Origin: Candidatus Buchananbacteria bacterium
GTDB taxonomy: Bacteria; Patescibacteriota; Patescibacteriia; 2-01-FULL-39-33; JBAYJR01
DNA length: 64,000 nt
NCBI GenBank assembly: GCA_041665005.1
Contig: JBAYJR010000001.1
Coordinates: 4,727 to 68,726, forward strand
Direction: 5' to 3'
In this document: positions 29,491-41,949 of the stretch, in pieces
Layout: every line of letters starts with the position of its first letter
Position numbering within the stretch: the stretch's first letter is position 1
Translations under genes and position numbers: made by a program
The notes under the pieces: model-generated
Databases searched by the model: none
Seen by the model: only the letters and a program-made list of their open reading frames with translations
Told to the model about the DNA's origin: nothing

Positions 29491-30372
29491 ATGTCATTGC
29501 CAAAAGTTTTAGTAGTTTTAGGGCCAACCGCTTCGGGTAAAACCGAATTAGCTTTAAAACTGGCCAAAAAGTTTAATGGTGAATTACTAAATGCGGATTC
29601 ACGGCAGATTTATCGTGGCTTAAATATTGCTACCGCTAAAGTTAAAACTAAAGCGGTAAAAACCCATTTATTGAATCTGGTTAAGCCTAATCAGAATTTT
29701 TCGGTAGTAAAATATCAGCTAGCAGCCGATAAAAAAATCAAGCAGATCATTAAGCGAGGAAAGTTGCCAATTTTAGTTGGCGGAACTGGTTTGTATCTGG
29801 CGGCGGTAGTAGATAATTGGCAAATTCCAAAATTAAAAGTGGATTTAAATTTAAGAAAAAAAATAGCCAAGCTGACCGCTAGACAACTTTATCAAAAATT
29901 AAAAAGTCTAGACCCTATCTCGGCAAAAAATATTGGGCAACATAATCAGCGGCGACTAATTAGAGCGGTAGAGGTTTGTTTATTATCGGGTAGGCCCTTT
30001 AGTCAGTTACAGCAAAAAGGTCAACCAAAGTATCAGGTGTTGCAGTTAGGGTTAAAAATTTCGCGCCAGGAACTTTATCGTCGGATTAACGCCCGAGTAT
30101 TAAGAATGTTTAAACAGGGTTTGGTTGCTGAAACTAAAAAATTATTGAAAAAATATTCTGCGGCCTTACCGGCAATGTCTAGTATTGGTTATCGAGAAGT
30201 GGTTAAATTTTTACAAGGGGAAATAAAGCTAGTTGATTGTCAGGAATTGATTAAAATTAATACCCGCCATTATGCCAAGCGACAAATTACTTGGTTTAAG
30301 CGTGACCAGAGAATCAAGTGGGTTAAAAATTTTAAGGCGGCGCAAAAGCTAGTTAAAAAGTTTGTTGAATAA
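29491..30372 (+). CDS. miaA: tRNA dimethylallyltransferase
   Basis: GPTASGKT, DSRQIY, VGGTGLY, YAKRQITWF. Confidence 0.95.
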   Translation: MSLPKVLVVLGPTASGKTELALKLAKKFNGELLNADSRQIYRGLNIATAKVKTKAVKTHLLNLVKPNQNFSVVKYQLAADKKIKQIIKRGKLPILVGGTGLYLAAVVDNWQIPKLKVDLNLRKKIAKLTARQLYQKLKSLDPISAKNIGQHNQRRLIRAVEVCLLSGRPFSQLQQKGQPKYQVLQLGLKISRQELYRRINARVLRMFKQGLVAETKKLLKKYSAALPAMSSIGYREVVKFLQGEIKLVDCQELIKINTRHYAKRQITWFKRDQRIKWVKNFKAAQKLVKKFVE

Positions 30373-30404
30373 AAAAATCGCCAAGCAGTTGGCGATTTTT
30401 TAGT

Positions 30405-30938
30405 CTAATGTTTTGGCGGCCAGGTAGTGGTCGGCATTAGTGGCGGCAAACCTCTAGTTTTTAAATTAGAGTTTTTGGCCGGTTGATCTAATCTAAAGTT
30501 TTCTTTAGCTAATTCATCGGCTCGGTCTTCTAGGTGTCTTTTGGTTAGTAAAGATTTTTTAACACCTTCTTTTCGCAGATAGTTGTCGACGGTAGTAGAA
30601 GAATCTTGGTGAGAACTGATTAGATTTTTTGTTTGTAAAATTTTTAAGATTTTTTTAGCTTGTTGACTGTTAATTTGTTTTTGACCGCTTAAAACAGCCC
30701 CTGCCTCAGAAATTTTAGCCTTAGCTAATTCAGTTGCGGCTTTATTTAGTAAGTTAGCGTTTAAAGCTGATTGTCCAGTTGGTCGATTTTTTTTAATTAG
30801 TTCGTTTAGGGTTATTTTTTTGGGCTGATTTTTTATAATATCGGCATTGGTAATGCGGTGGCGAAATCTTAAATAACCTTCAGTAATGGTTTTGTTGGTA
30901 GTATTTTTACGCGCCAAAGAGCCAAAAGTTATTGGCAT
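30405..30938 (-). CDS. Hypothetical basic protein
   Basis: 177-aa ORF directly downstream of gatB, followed by a bidirectional terminator at ~30373-30402. Confidence 0.6.
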   Translation of the reverse strand: MPITFGSLARKNTTNKTITEGYLRFRHRITNADIIKNQPKKITLNELIKKNRPTGQSALNANLLNKAATELAKAKISEAGAVLSGQKQINSQQAKKILKILQTKNLISSHQDSSTTVDNYLRKEGVKKSLLTKRHLEDRADELAKENFRLDQPAKNSNLKTRGLPPLMPTTTWPPKH

Positions 30939-30945
30939 AAAGCGT

Positions 30946-32493
30946 TTATTTAGTTAGTTGTTGCAAAAAAAGTTCTTCTAAGACTTGAGGATTAGCCTTG
31001 CCTTTGGTTTCTTTCATGGCGCAACCAAGTAAAAATTTAATGGCTACTAGTTTGCCATTTTTGTAATCATTAGTTGGCCCAGGATTAGCGGCGATTATTT
31101 TGTTTACGATTTCGGTTAATTCAGTGCTGTCTGAAACTTGGTTTAAATCTTGATCGGCTAAAATATGTTCGGGGTCAGCGCCGGTAGTAAACATTTTTTC
31201 TAAGATAGTTTGGGCCGCCGCGGAATTTATTTTATTTTGATAAATTAAAGTAATAAATTCTGCAAAATTTTCGGGAGTAATTTTGTTGGCCTGAACTTTA
31301 AGTTGTTTTTCGTTTAATAATTTAAAGAGTTTGTTAATTAACCAGTTACTTACTAATTTAGCCAATTTAGCCTTATTGGTTTCCCAAATTTCTTGTTGAC
31401 TACCACTAACAGTTTCTAAACTAGTTAACCAAGCTTGGAGTTCCGAAATAGTTTTTTCGGTGTAGGCTGAAAGGTGTTTATCATCCGTTAAAATGGCGGC
31501 TTCACTAGCATTAAAGCCATATTCTGCTTGAAAACGATAAAATTTATTTTCTGGCAATTCCGGTAAGGTGCTTTTTAGAGTAGAAATTTGTTGCTCGGTA
31601 ATTTTTAAAGGAGGTAAATCGGGTTCAGGAAAATAACGGTAATCGTGAGCCGCTTCTTTGGAACGTTGAGAAAAAGTAATTTGTTTAACATCATCCCAGC
31701 CACGAGTTTCTTGTTTTAACGGTTCGCCTTCATTGAGGGCCTTGGCTTGGCGGATTAATTCATATTCAATGGCTCTCTCTAGAGCTTTGAAAGAATTAAT
31801 ATTTTTTACTTCGGTTTTAGGATTTAATTCGTAGCCGGGTTGGGTAATAATTTTACCGTCTTTTACCTCAAATTGGCCAGCTTCTTGTAGGGAAATGTTG
31901 GCCTCGCAACGCATTTGACCTTGTTCCATATTGGCATCAGAAATCTCCAAGTATCTCAAAATCTTTTGAAATTCCTGGCAAAATTCTTTGGCATCAACGG
32001 CCGAAGTAATGACTGGCTCGGTAACTAATTCCATTAAAGGAGTGCTAGAGCGACTATAATCAGCTAGGCTATAATTAGTGTTTTGGGGATGTTTGAGGGT
32101 GCCAGTGTCTTCTTCTAGGTGTAAATGGTCAATGGTAATTGGCAGGCCATTTTTTAGTTTAATATAACCACCAAAGCCAATGGGGTCGGGCTGGGAGGTG
32201 ATTTGGTAGCCTTTGGGTAAATCGGGGTAAAAATAATTTTTGCGGCTAAATTTTGGTTCAGGATTGATGGTCTGATGCAAAGCTAGGGCAGTCAAAATAG
32301 TCCAGTCAACGGCCTGTTGGTTGATTACTGGTAGGGTTCCGGGATGCCCTAGGCAAATTTCACAAATTACCTTGTTGGGGGAATCTTGCAGTTCGTAGCC
32401 GTTAGCACAGCGACAAAACATTTTGCTGGCAGTTTTGAGCTCAGCATGGATTTCTAAGCCAATAATTGGCAGGTATTTCTTTTCTTTAGACAT
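30946..32493 (-). CDS. gatB: Asp/Glu-tRNA amidotransferase subunit B
   Basis: IGLEIHAEL, RKNYFYPDLPKGYQI, DYRYFPEPDLP. Confidence 0.96.
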   Translation of the reverse strand: MSKEKKYLPIIGLEIHAELKTASKMFCRCANGYELQDSPNKVICEICLGHPGTLPVINQQAVDWTILTALALHQTINPEPKFSRKNYFYPDLPKGYQITSQPDPIGFGGYIKLKNGLPITIDHLHLEEDTGTLKHPQNTNYSLADYSRSSTPLMELVTEPVITSAVDAKEFCQEFQKILRYLEISDANMEQGQMRCEANISLQEAGQFEVKDGKIITQPGYELNPKTEVKNINSFKALERAIEYELIRQAKALNEGEPLKQETRGWDDVKQITFSQRSKEAAHDYRYFPEPDLPPLKITEQQISTLKSTLPELPENKFYRFQAEYGFNASEAAILTDDKHLSAYTEKTISELQAWLTSLETVSGSQQEIWETNKAKLAKLVSNWLINKLFKLLNEKQLKVQANKITPENFAEFITLIYQNKINSAAAQTILEKMFTTGADPEHILADQDLNQVSDSTELTEIVNKIIAANPGPTNDYKNGKLVAIKFLLGCAMKETKGKANPQVLEELFLQQLTK

Positions 32494-32575
32494 AGTAAAA
32501 TATTGATTATTAACTTTTACATCTTAGCATATTTGATTAATAAAAAAAAGGGGACTACTTGGTAGTCCCCGGGGG

Positions 32576-33259
32576 TTATTTTTTGATTCTTTTTTTTGGG
32601 GATTTCGGTACTTTTTGGTGAAGAGTACCATACTCCGGGATTGGTTTCTTTTGATTGTCTTCGGCTAGACAGTGGCATCTTACGCATCTGGCCTCATAGG
32701 TGTAGCCGTCCTTTTCCTTTTTGCCACCTACGATTATTGTTGGCTCTTTACGACTCGAGGGTTTGCCCCGGTTTAGTCGTTGCGTAAGCATATGACCTTC
32801 AATTTCGCATTTTTCACATTTGCCGGGAAGTTTTACCACTTCTTGGGCTGCTCCCAGCAAATTACCCATGGGTCCGAAGGCCTCCCGTTTAAAATTAGTA
32901 TCCAGTCCAGCGATAATGACCCGGATACCAGTTTTGGCTAAAGCCAGAACCACGTCCACTAGTTTGTTGGAAAAGAACTGTGCTTCATCTATTCCTACAA
33001 CTTTCGTTCCAAACTTAATCTTTTTTAAGATTCTTTGGGGACATTTAGCAGGAACTATTTCGGCCGGAAAACAAGATCCGTCCAAAGAAGCGATCTTGCC
33101 TCCTTTAATCCTGGTGTCTCGGTTTGGCTTGAAACATTGAACTTTTAAGCCGTTAGCTTTTTCCGCATCTAGTAAATCCCTGATTAAGTAACTGGTTTTA
33201 CCGGAAAACATGGATCCGGTATAAACCAATAATCCACCACGATTAGGATCTTTGTACAT
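32576..33259 (-). CDS. tdk: Thymidine kinase
   Basis: GSMFSGKT, IDEAQFF, AGLDTNF, YEARCVRC. Confidence 0.93.
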   Translation of the reverse strand: MYKDPNRGGLLVYTGSMFSGKTSYLIRDLLDAEKANGLKVQCFKPNRDTRIKGGKIASLDGSCFPAEIVPAKCPQRILKKIKFGTKVVGIDEAQFFSNKLVDVVLALAKTGIRVIIAGLDTNFKREAFGPMGNLLGAAQEVVKLPGKCEKCEIEGHMLTQRLNRGKPSSRKEPTIIVGGKKEKDGYTYEARCVRCHCLAEDNQKKPIPEYGTLHQKVPKSPKKRIKK

Positions 33260-33370
33260 TTTTTCACCTCCTGTTGAAATAAAAAGCTTTAATATCTTAA
33301 CACAATCTAAAAATAAAGCAAATTAGAAGCAAATTGTAAAAGGTTAGTTAACAAAGTTAGTTTTTTTAAA

Positions 33371-34375
33371 TTAAATTAGGCTAGCACTCTCGCCATCAGG
33401 GGTTTCTATAAAGTCATCAAAAACCCCGGGAAATATTTTTTTAAATTCGCGTAAAACATCTAGCATTAAATAACGAATTTCCCATTGGGCATGCGAGTCG
33501 CAACGCATTTTAAAAATATGGCGCCACTCTTGCAGATTGGTAGAAATAACAATTTCCGAGCAACAAGCGTTAGGTAAAATAAATCGTGCATCCTCGTTAA
33601 TTTTAGAATTAGTTTGACCAGCCAGTTGGGCTTGTTTCAGGTCGGCCTGTAATTCTTGATAGGCCTGGTCAATATTTTTTATTTGCTCTTGGTATTTGGC
33701 GGTTAGGCCAGCCGCTTTAATCGCCGGCGGGGTAACAAAATAATTGTTTTTATAAATTCCTTGTTCGTCGCAGTATCTTTGAGACTCTTGAGAAATAGCC
33801 ATTAAGCGATGCCGCACTAATTGATGAGTTAGGGCTCGTGAACAGTCTTTAAATCTAACCATGGCCCACCAGTGCTTTTTTTGTTGTTCAAGGTTATAGG
33901 TCAGCTTAGGGTTTAATTCTAAAGCAAAATCTAGAGTCGGTTTAGCTAAAATTAAATCTTTAAAAAGTAAAGGGGCTAGGCCTGCTAGTTTTTCCCATAA
34001 AGCTCTAACTAATTCATCGGTCGGGGCGTTTCTAAATAAATCTCTAAACATCCGAGCGTTACCAGAAAGTAGCCATTGATCGGTGGTTAATTGTTCTAAG
34101 CCCAAAGCCAATAGAGGATTAGCGAGAATTAAATTTAGAATTGGTTCAGCTTTAAGATTTTTTAATAAAAAAACAAAATAGCTATGTTCAATTACCGATT
34201 CGTGGCCCCGTTTTAAAATGCCGTTAATAAACCCGCCCGCGGAATCCGTGGTAATTTTTTCGTAGGATTTGTAACAAGTCCGGCCAGCTAATTCTATTTT
34301 TTGAGCGATTTCCGGCGGAGTTTCGCCTTTGAGAGTTAATAAAATTTCAAATTGGCCAGTGGCTTTACTGGGCAT
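33371..34375 (-). CDS. thyX: FAD-dependent thymidylate synthase (long form)
   Basis: GHESVIEH, SRALTHQLVRHR..SQESQRY, DARFILP, HAQWEIR. Confidence 0.93.
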   Translation of the reverse strand: MPSKATGQFEILLTLKGETPPEIAQKIELAGRTCYKSYEKITTDSAGGFINGILKRGHESVIEHSYFVFLLKNLKAEPILNLILANPLLALGLEQLTTDQWLLSGNARMFRDLFRNAPTDELVRALWEKLAGLAPLLFKDLILAKPTLDFALELNPKLTYNLEQQKKHWWAMVRFKDCSRALTHQLVRHRLMAISQESQRYCDEQGIYKNNYFVTPPAIKAAGLTAKYQEQIKNIDQAYQELQADLKQAQLAGQTNSKINEDARFILPNACCSEIVISTNLQEWRHIFKMRCDSHAQWEIRYLMLDVLREFKKIFPGVFDDFIETPDGESASLI

Positions 34376-34377
34376 AA

Positions 34378-35013
34378 TTATTTTTTTGGTTTGTAGTATT
34401 TTAAAATTTTATCAGTTACAACTGTTTCCACTTTTTTGGCTACCTCGGCAATGTTTTGTTGACCGTCAATTACGACCGAATAATCAAAGAATTTTTCGTT
34501 GAGCCATTGGTAGGCGCGCCAGACGCGAGAAAGTTTGTCGCGAGTTTCAAAGAGTTCAATAGAAAAGCGACTATCTTCCATTCGTTTAATGCAGTTTTCT
34601 GGTGACACTTTTAAAATAATGGTTAAATCTGGCATAATAAAACGTTCATTTAGGCTGAGCAACCAATCTTTTTCGGGGATCTCTAAAGAACCAAAAGCGA
34701 CGGTAGAAAATAAATAACGGTCGCAAATTACCCACACGCCACTTTGTAGTAGGGGAATAATTTCTTTTTCTAAATGATGAGCGCGGTCGGCGGCAAAGAG
34801 TAATTGTAAACATTCTTGAGAGCTTTTCCAGTCGTGGGTTAGTTGACCACGAATTAAACCACCAACAATGTTGTTGGTTGGTTCTTTGGCTAAAGCGGCT
34901 TTGATTTTTTGGCTTTTTAGCCAGGCCACTAGTTTTTCGGCTTGGGTAGAGGAGCCCGAACCGTCTAAGCCTTCAAAAACTATAAATTTTCCCGGATACT
35001 TGTTTTGACGCAT
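34378..35013 (-). CDS. tmk: Thymidylate kinase
   Basis: FIVFEGLDGSG, LLFAADRAHH, ICDRY. Confidence 0.92.
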   Translation of the reverse strand: MRQNKYPGKFIVFEGLDGSGSSTQAEKLVAWLKSQKIKAALAKEPTNNIVGGLIRGQLTHDWKSSQECLQLLFAADRAHHLEKEIIPLLQSGVWVICDRYLFSTVAFGSLEIPEKDWLLSLNERFIMPDLTIILKVSPENCIKRMEDSRFSIELFETRDKLSRVWRAYQWLNEKFFDYSVVIDGQQNIAEVAKKVETVVTDKILKYYKPKK

Positions 35014-35017
35014 AAAG

Positions 35018-35581
35018 TTAAAGATTAATTTTTTGATAAAGTTGATTAATTTTTTGTTGTAATTCTGCCAAACTGCCGTCGTTAGTTATGGTGAAGTCAG
35101 CTAAAGCCATGACGGAGTTTAATTGCTGTTGATTGGCTGAGCCGGTTCTTTCTTGGGCTTCTTGTTGGGCAAATTTAATAAAATCCACACTGTCTTCTAG
35201 GCGACCACGTTGTTTAATGCGTTGAAAGCGAGTTTGTTGATCAGCGTCAACGTTGATTAAAAAAAAGTTTTTAGATTTTTTTAAAGCGACAATTTCATCA
35301 GGATGACGCAGGCTAACAACTAACGCCCGGTTAATATTTTTTTCGTTAATTTGTTGCAAGATTTTTTCGGCTAAAATGCCGTGGCCAAAGTTTTTTCTTA
35401 GATCATTACCAATCATTATTAGGTTATCACGATTAGTTTCAAGTTGGCGAAAGCCGCATTCTTGGCGAATAATATCGGAGCAGGAAAAATAGGCAAAGCC
35501 TTGGTCTTTAAACCAATCCGCAACGGTGTCTTTGCCGCTACCCTGGGTGCCAGTTAGGCCGATGATTAATTGTTTAGGCAT
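35018..35581 (-). CDS. P-loop nucleotide kinase (dephospho-CoA/dNMP kinase-like)
   Basis: IIGLTGTQGSGKDT, LRHPDE, ADFTITNDG. Confidence 0.75.
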   Translation of the reverse strand: MPKQLIIGLTGTQGSGKDTVADWFKDQGFAYFSCSDIIRQECGFRQLETNRDNLIMIGNDLRKNFGHGILAEKILQQINEKNINRALVVSLRHPDEIVALKKSKNFFLINVDADQQTRFQRIKQRGRLEDSVDFIKFAQQEAQERTGSANQQQLNSVMALADFTITNDGSLAELQQKINQLYQKINL

Positions 35582-35582
35582 A

Positions 35583-36077
35583 TTACATGTCTGAATAAGT
35601 AGTTATTTGACTAGAAAGTAATTGAAACTCTACCCCGGCTTGTAAAAATATTTCTTTGCTGCGATTGCCAGTGTGATAATCTTGGGCACAAATTACTCTT
35701 TTAATACCGGAATTAATAATCATCTTGGCGCAGGTATAACAAGGGGTCATTTTACAATACATGGTAGCACCGTTGATGCTAACGCCAAATCTAGCCGCTT
35801 GGCAGATGGCATTTTGTTCGGCGTGGGTGGTTCTAATACAATGTTTTGATTGGGAACCGTCAATTTGGGTGACGGTATGCATTTCATGTCCTGCTTCATC
35901 ACAATGAGCCAAACCGGCCGGAGCGCCTACGTAACCGGTGCAAACAATCCTTTTATCTTTAACAATAGCAGCGCCGGCTCGGCCCCGATCGCAGGTGCCG
36001 CGACTGCCAACCAATTCGGCGATTTTCATAAAATATTCGTCCCAAGAGGGGCGATGGTGATTGAGGGAATTTTCCAT
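35583..36077 (-). CDS. dCMP deaminase family protein
   Basis: RPSWDEYFM, HAEQNAI, TPCYTC; likely ATG at 36077. Confidence 0.9.
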   Translation of the reverse strand: MENSLNHHRPSWDEYFMKIAELVGSRGTCDRGRAGAAIVKDKRIVCTGYVGAPAGLAHCDEAGHEMHTVTQIDGSQSKHCIRTTHAEQNAICQAARFGVSINGATMYCKMTPCYTCAKMIINSGIKRVICAQDYHTGNRSKEIFLQAGVEFQLLSSQITTYSDM

Positions 36078-36243
36078 AAATTGAAAAGTTAAATAGTTTT
36101 CTGGCCTTATTTTAGCAAACAAAAAACTAAGGGGCAAATTTTTAGGAAATTATTTTAAATTAACTAATAAAATCAGGCTTTTTTGGTGATAATCAAAAAT
36201 TAAACCCCCAAGTTTTAGTTGGGGGTTTAATAGTCATCTTGAA

Positions 36244-36927
36244 TTATATTTGTACTCTAATTCCGGGGCCCATGGTAGAGCAGATAGAAATGTTTTTTAA
36301 GTAAACACCTTTGCTGGCGGCGGGTTTAACTTTTTTAACGGCCTCCACAAAAGTATTAAAATTGGCTAATAGATTTTCTGGAGCAAAAGAGGTCTTGCCA
36401 ATAATCTGGTGCACATTGCCGGTATCGTCATTTTTAAAGTCCGCGCGACCCTTGCTTAATTCTTCAACTACTTGTTTGATATTTTGGGTGACGGTTTCGT
36501 TCTTAGGATTAGGCATCAAACCGCGAGGTCCTAAAATTTTAGCCACCGTCGCTAAATCTTTCATCATTTCGGGAGTGGCTACCAAAACCTCAAAACTTAT
36601 TTTACCTTCTTTGATCTGTTGGATAATTTCAGCGCCGCCAACAATTTTGGCACCAGCTGCTTTGGCTTCGTTCAATTTATCCAGGTTACTAGAAACTACC
36701 GCGATTACTCGGCTTCGGCCTAAACCAAACGGTAAGGCGACTGTACCGCGCACTTGTTGATCGGATTTGGCGGCGTTAATTCCTAATTTAATATGCACCT
36801 CAACCGAAGCGTCAAACTTAATCGTAGAAGCCTGCTTAACTAAAGCCAAGGCCTCAGCCAGGGGATACAACTTTTTTGGCTCAATTAATTTGGCCACTTT
36901 TTGATAACGTTTACCATGTTTACTCAT
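36244..36927 (-). CDS. rplA: 50S ribosomal protein L1
   Basis: LGPRGLMPNPK, STMGPG. Confidence 0.97.
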   Translation of the reverse strand: MSKHGKRYQKVAKLIEPKKLYPLAEALALVKQASTIKFDASVEVHIKLGINAAKSDQQVRGTVALPFGLGRSRVIAVVSSNLDKLNEAKAAGAKIVGGAEIIQQIKEGKISFEVLVATPEMMKDLATVAKILGPRGLMPNPKNETVTQNIKQVVEELSKGRADFKNDDTGNVHQIIGKTSFAPENLLANFNTFVEAVKKVKPAASKGVYLKNISICSTMGPGIRVQI

Positions 36928-36941
36928 ATTTTTTTGCCTTT

Positions 36942-36981
36942 CGTGGTCATAACGCTTGATTGACTAAATCAAACTGCCACA
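36942..36981 (-). promoter_or_regulatory. Putative L1-binding autoregulatory hairpin before rplA
   Basis: - strand TGTGG..ACCACG stem with an internal loop between rplK and rplA, a position known for L1 leaders. Confidence 0.4.
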
Positions 36982-37010
36982 AAAATTAATAAATTTATTG
37001 TTTAATTATT

Positions 37011-37433
37011 TTAGACGACGGTTAAACCCATTTGTCTGGCTGTGCCTTCCACTAAACGACAGGCGGCGTCCAGGTCTTGGGTGTTTAAATCAGGCATTTT
37101 TTTCTGGGCGATTTCTCTAACCTGCGCTTTAGTTACTTTACCCACTTTTTCTTGTAAAGGTTTACCTGAGCCCTTGCTAATTCCGGCGGCTTTTTTTAAC
37201 ATTTCGGCCACGGGAGTAGTTTTTAGTTTAAAGGTGTAAGTACGATCTTCAAAAACGGTAATTTCTACCGGTGTGACTTCGTCCATACGTTCGCGGGTAG
37301 CGGCGTTAAATTTTTGACAGAATTCAGAAATATTTAAACCATGTTGACCTAAAGCAGGGCCAACCGGAGGAGCTGGAGTGGCTTTGCCACCAGCAATTTG
37401 TAACTTGATTATTGTTTTGACTTTTTTAGCCAT
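37011..37433 (-). CDS. rplK: 50S ribosomal protein L11
   Basis: [15 protein letters not shown]. Confidence 0.97.
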   Translation of the reverse strand: MAKKVKTIIKLQIAGGKATPAPPVGPALGQHGLNISEFCQKFNAATRERMDEVTPVEITVFEDRTYTFKLKTTPVAEMLKKAAGISKGSGKPLQEKVGKVTKAQVREIAQKKMPDLNTQDLDAACRLVEGTARQMGLTVV

Positions 37434-37519
37434 ATAAATTTAAATTAGTTAGATAGTTAGCTAAGAAGTTTAGAAGCAGTAAATAAATTATTTACAAACT
37501 AATTAGCAAAATTGATTAG

Positions 37520-38065
37520 TTAAACTTTTTTGATTTGTAAGAAATCTAATTCTACCGGCGTTTCGCGACCGAATAAAGAAATTAAAACTTTAATCTTACC
37601 GCGGGTTTCGTCAAGCTCAGAAATTTTTCCTTCCATATTTTTGAAGGGCCCATCTACGATTCTAACTGGAGTGTTAATGGCCACATCAATTTGATATTTA
37701 GGTTCCTCCACACCCATGCGTCGTTGTAATTCTTTAACTTCGGCGTCAGAAATTGGGGTGGGGGTAGTGCCGGAACCGACAAAACCGGTAACATTTGGCG
37801 TATTGCGCACAACATACCAAGAATCATCAGTTACAATCATTTCTACCAAAACATAACCGGGAAATATTTTTTCTTCGGTAATTTTGCGTTTACCATTTTT
37901 GATACGAATCTTTTTTTCGGTCGGTACTAAAATATTAAAAATTTTATCTTCGACGTCCATTGATTCAATGCGTTGGTGCAAATTGCGTTCAACACTTTCC
38001 TCATAACCAGAATAGGTGTGCAAAACATACCAGCGACGACCTTGTTGTAAAACTTGTTTAGGCAT
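37520..38065 (-). CDS. nusG: Transcription termination/antitermination factor NusG
   Basis: WYVLHTYSGYE, FPGYVLV, KOW motif. Confidence 0.97.
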   Translation of the reverse strand: MPKQVLQQGRRWYVLHTYSGYEESVERNLHQRIESMDVEDKIFNILVPTEKKIRIKNGKRKITEEKIFPGYVLVEMIVTDDSWYVVRNTPNVTGFVGSGTTPTPISDAEVKELQRRMGVEEPKYQIDVAINTPVRIVDGPFKNMEGKISELDETRGKIKVLISLFGRETPVELDFLQIKKV

Positions 38066-38091
38066 ATTAGTTTAGTAAATTATTTTTTGTT

Positions 38092-38286
38092 TTATTTAAT
38101 AAAAAACTTTTCCATGCCAAAAATTAGAATATAATCAATTACGCCTAAAAATATGGCTACACCCAAAGAAATACCGATTACTAATAAGGAGTAGTTAATA
38201 GTTTGTTGGCGAGTAGGCCAAGTTACTTTTTTCATTTCTTGGTAGGATTCTTTGAGATAGTTTGAAATTTTGTTAAGCATGCTCAT
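38092..38286 (-). CDS. secE: Preprotein translocase subunit SecE
   Basis: EMKKVTWPTR plus a TM helix, upstream of nusG. Confidence 0.93.
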   Translation of the reverse strand: MSMLNKISNYLKESYQEMKKVTWPTRQQTINYSLLVIGISLGVAIFLGVIDYILIFGMEKFFIK

Positions 38287-38475
38287 AGTTTTGTGGTTTT
38301 AAAAATCCCCTGGACGGGGAATTAAGTATTTACAATTACTGCTATAGTATAAACAATTATTTTAAAAATGTCAAATTAGGGGATGCATAATTTCTTAAAA
38401 TTTGCTATAATAGGTTATAGTTTAGTGTTTAAATTTGTTTTTTGGCTTGATTAAGCCAAGAAAGGGGGTGAGAAT

Positions 38476-38694
38476 ATGAAAGCAGCCCATATAATTGCTT
38501 TTATTCTAGTTATTATTGGAGCCCTAAATTGGTTGTTAGTCGGTTTGTTTAGTTGGGATTTGGTAGTTGCGATTTTTGGTTCCTGGCCGGTTATTGTTAA
38601 GATAATTTACGTTATCGTTGGTTTGGCGGCGATCTATGAAATTGCTATTCACAAGCAAAATTGCAAAGCTTGTGCTAGTAAAGTTCAAATGTAG
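38476..38694 (+). CDS. DUF378 family membrane protein
   Basis: LVIIGALNWLLVG..DLV..IFG. Confidence 0.85.
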   Translation: MKAAHIIAFILVIIGALNWLLVGLFSWDLVVAIFGSWPVIVKIIYVIVGLAAIYEIAIHKQNCKACASKVQM

Positions 38695-38825
38695 GATTTT
38701 TTAGTCAATACTTAGAATTTTATAAATAATCTAGCCCTCTTAATTGGGGGCTAGATTTTATATTGACAATTATGATGATTTGCTATACAATGTTAGCTCT
38801 AGCAAATATTAGGAGGAGAAAAACG

Positions 38826-39047
38826 ATGAATAGAGCTTTAAACGATGATATCACGACTTTCCGGGCGATGCCACAAGAACCTTGCCATGATTGTAAAAAA
38901 CTTGGCTGTACGGTTTTTCATCGGGGGTCTATGAATCCCGATAACAAAGTGCATAAATTTTGTGGGGCGTGCTGGGAGTATCGTCAACAGCACTTCAGAA
39001 AATATGGAAGAGCTTTGGACTTAGGATTGGGTCTAACTAAAGTGTAA
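38826..39047 (+). CDS. Small Cys-rich hypothetical protein
   Basis: AGGAG SD; CHDC...CGAC pairs; own promoter and terminator. Confidence 0.6.
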   Translation: MNRALNDDITTFRAMPQEPCHDCKKLGCTVFHRGSMNPDNKVHKFCGACWEYRQQHFRKYGRALDLGLGLTKV

Positions 39048-39262
39048 GGCGGTTTACCGGCTAAATAATTAGCCGGTTTTTTATTGAAAATTATTAAAAT
39101 TAGATTATTGACAAAAGGCGGTAGTCGTGATAATAATACGATAATGAAAGGAGAGGCTTAATCTAGCACTGTTAATTCCTAGGCGTTATGTCTGGGTGGT
39201 CTCAAAATTTTGAGATAACGATGGCTGTGTAGCTGTCAATTTAAAAATCAGGAGGTGCCGTT

Positions 39263-39634
39263 ATGGCATGGTCTACGATAAGACAAGGGCAGCGGCGTAA
39301 ATTTATAGCTAATTTCGCCATTGTCAAAGGTCCAGGAAAATATGATCTTGAACGTGGAATTATGGATGGTAAGGTTTTGCGTTTTACTGTTCACAAAAGA
39401 AGTCTTTCGATTATGGTTAGCGATCAAGAATTTATGGTTTATTTGGAGAATTTAGGGCCGCTAGATAGATCAAAAGATTCCTGGGAGATGTCCGGTATGG
39501 TTGTTGCTATCGATCGTGAAGAAAAATTTGGACAGGTGTTTGAAGGAAATTATTGCGTGTCTAAACATGAAGGAGTGATTCGTATTTTTTGCTCCGAGCC
39601 TTCAAAGCCTTTGAAGTCAAAAAATAAGTTGTAA
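39263..39634 (+). CDS. Hypothetical protein
   Basis: AGGAGG SD; TTGACA promoter at 39108. Confidence 0.65.
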   Translation: MAWSTIRQGQRRKFIANFAIVKGPGKYDLERGIMDGKVLRFTVHKRSLSIMVSDQEFMVYLENLGPLDRSKDSWEMSGMVVAIDREEKFGQVFEGNYCVSKHEGVIRIFCSEPSKPLKSKNKL

Positions 39635-39688
39635 AAACAAAATCCTCACAGAAACTGTGAGGATTTTTTTATTGAACAAAATAGCTGA

Positions 39689-41752
<2,064 letters not shown>

Positions 41753-41949
41753 TTAAATAGAATAATTATTGTTAAACTAAAAAATTGTTCTTAAAAATTA
41801 AGCCACAATTTAGGCAATTTTTTGCGGTTTTGAAACCGATATTTTCTAAGCTTATTTTAGCATATTTTTTGGCGGGTGTTAAGGGGATAATTCTGGCTTG
41901 CTTGGAGGTTTTTATGGTATAATGATTTTGTTAGTAATTTAACAAATTT

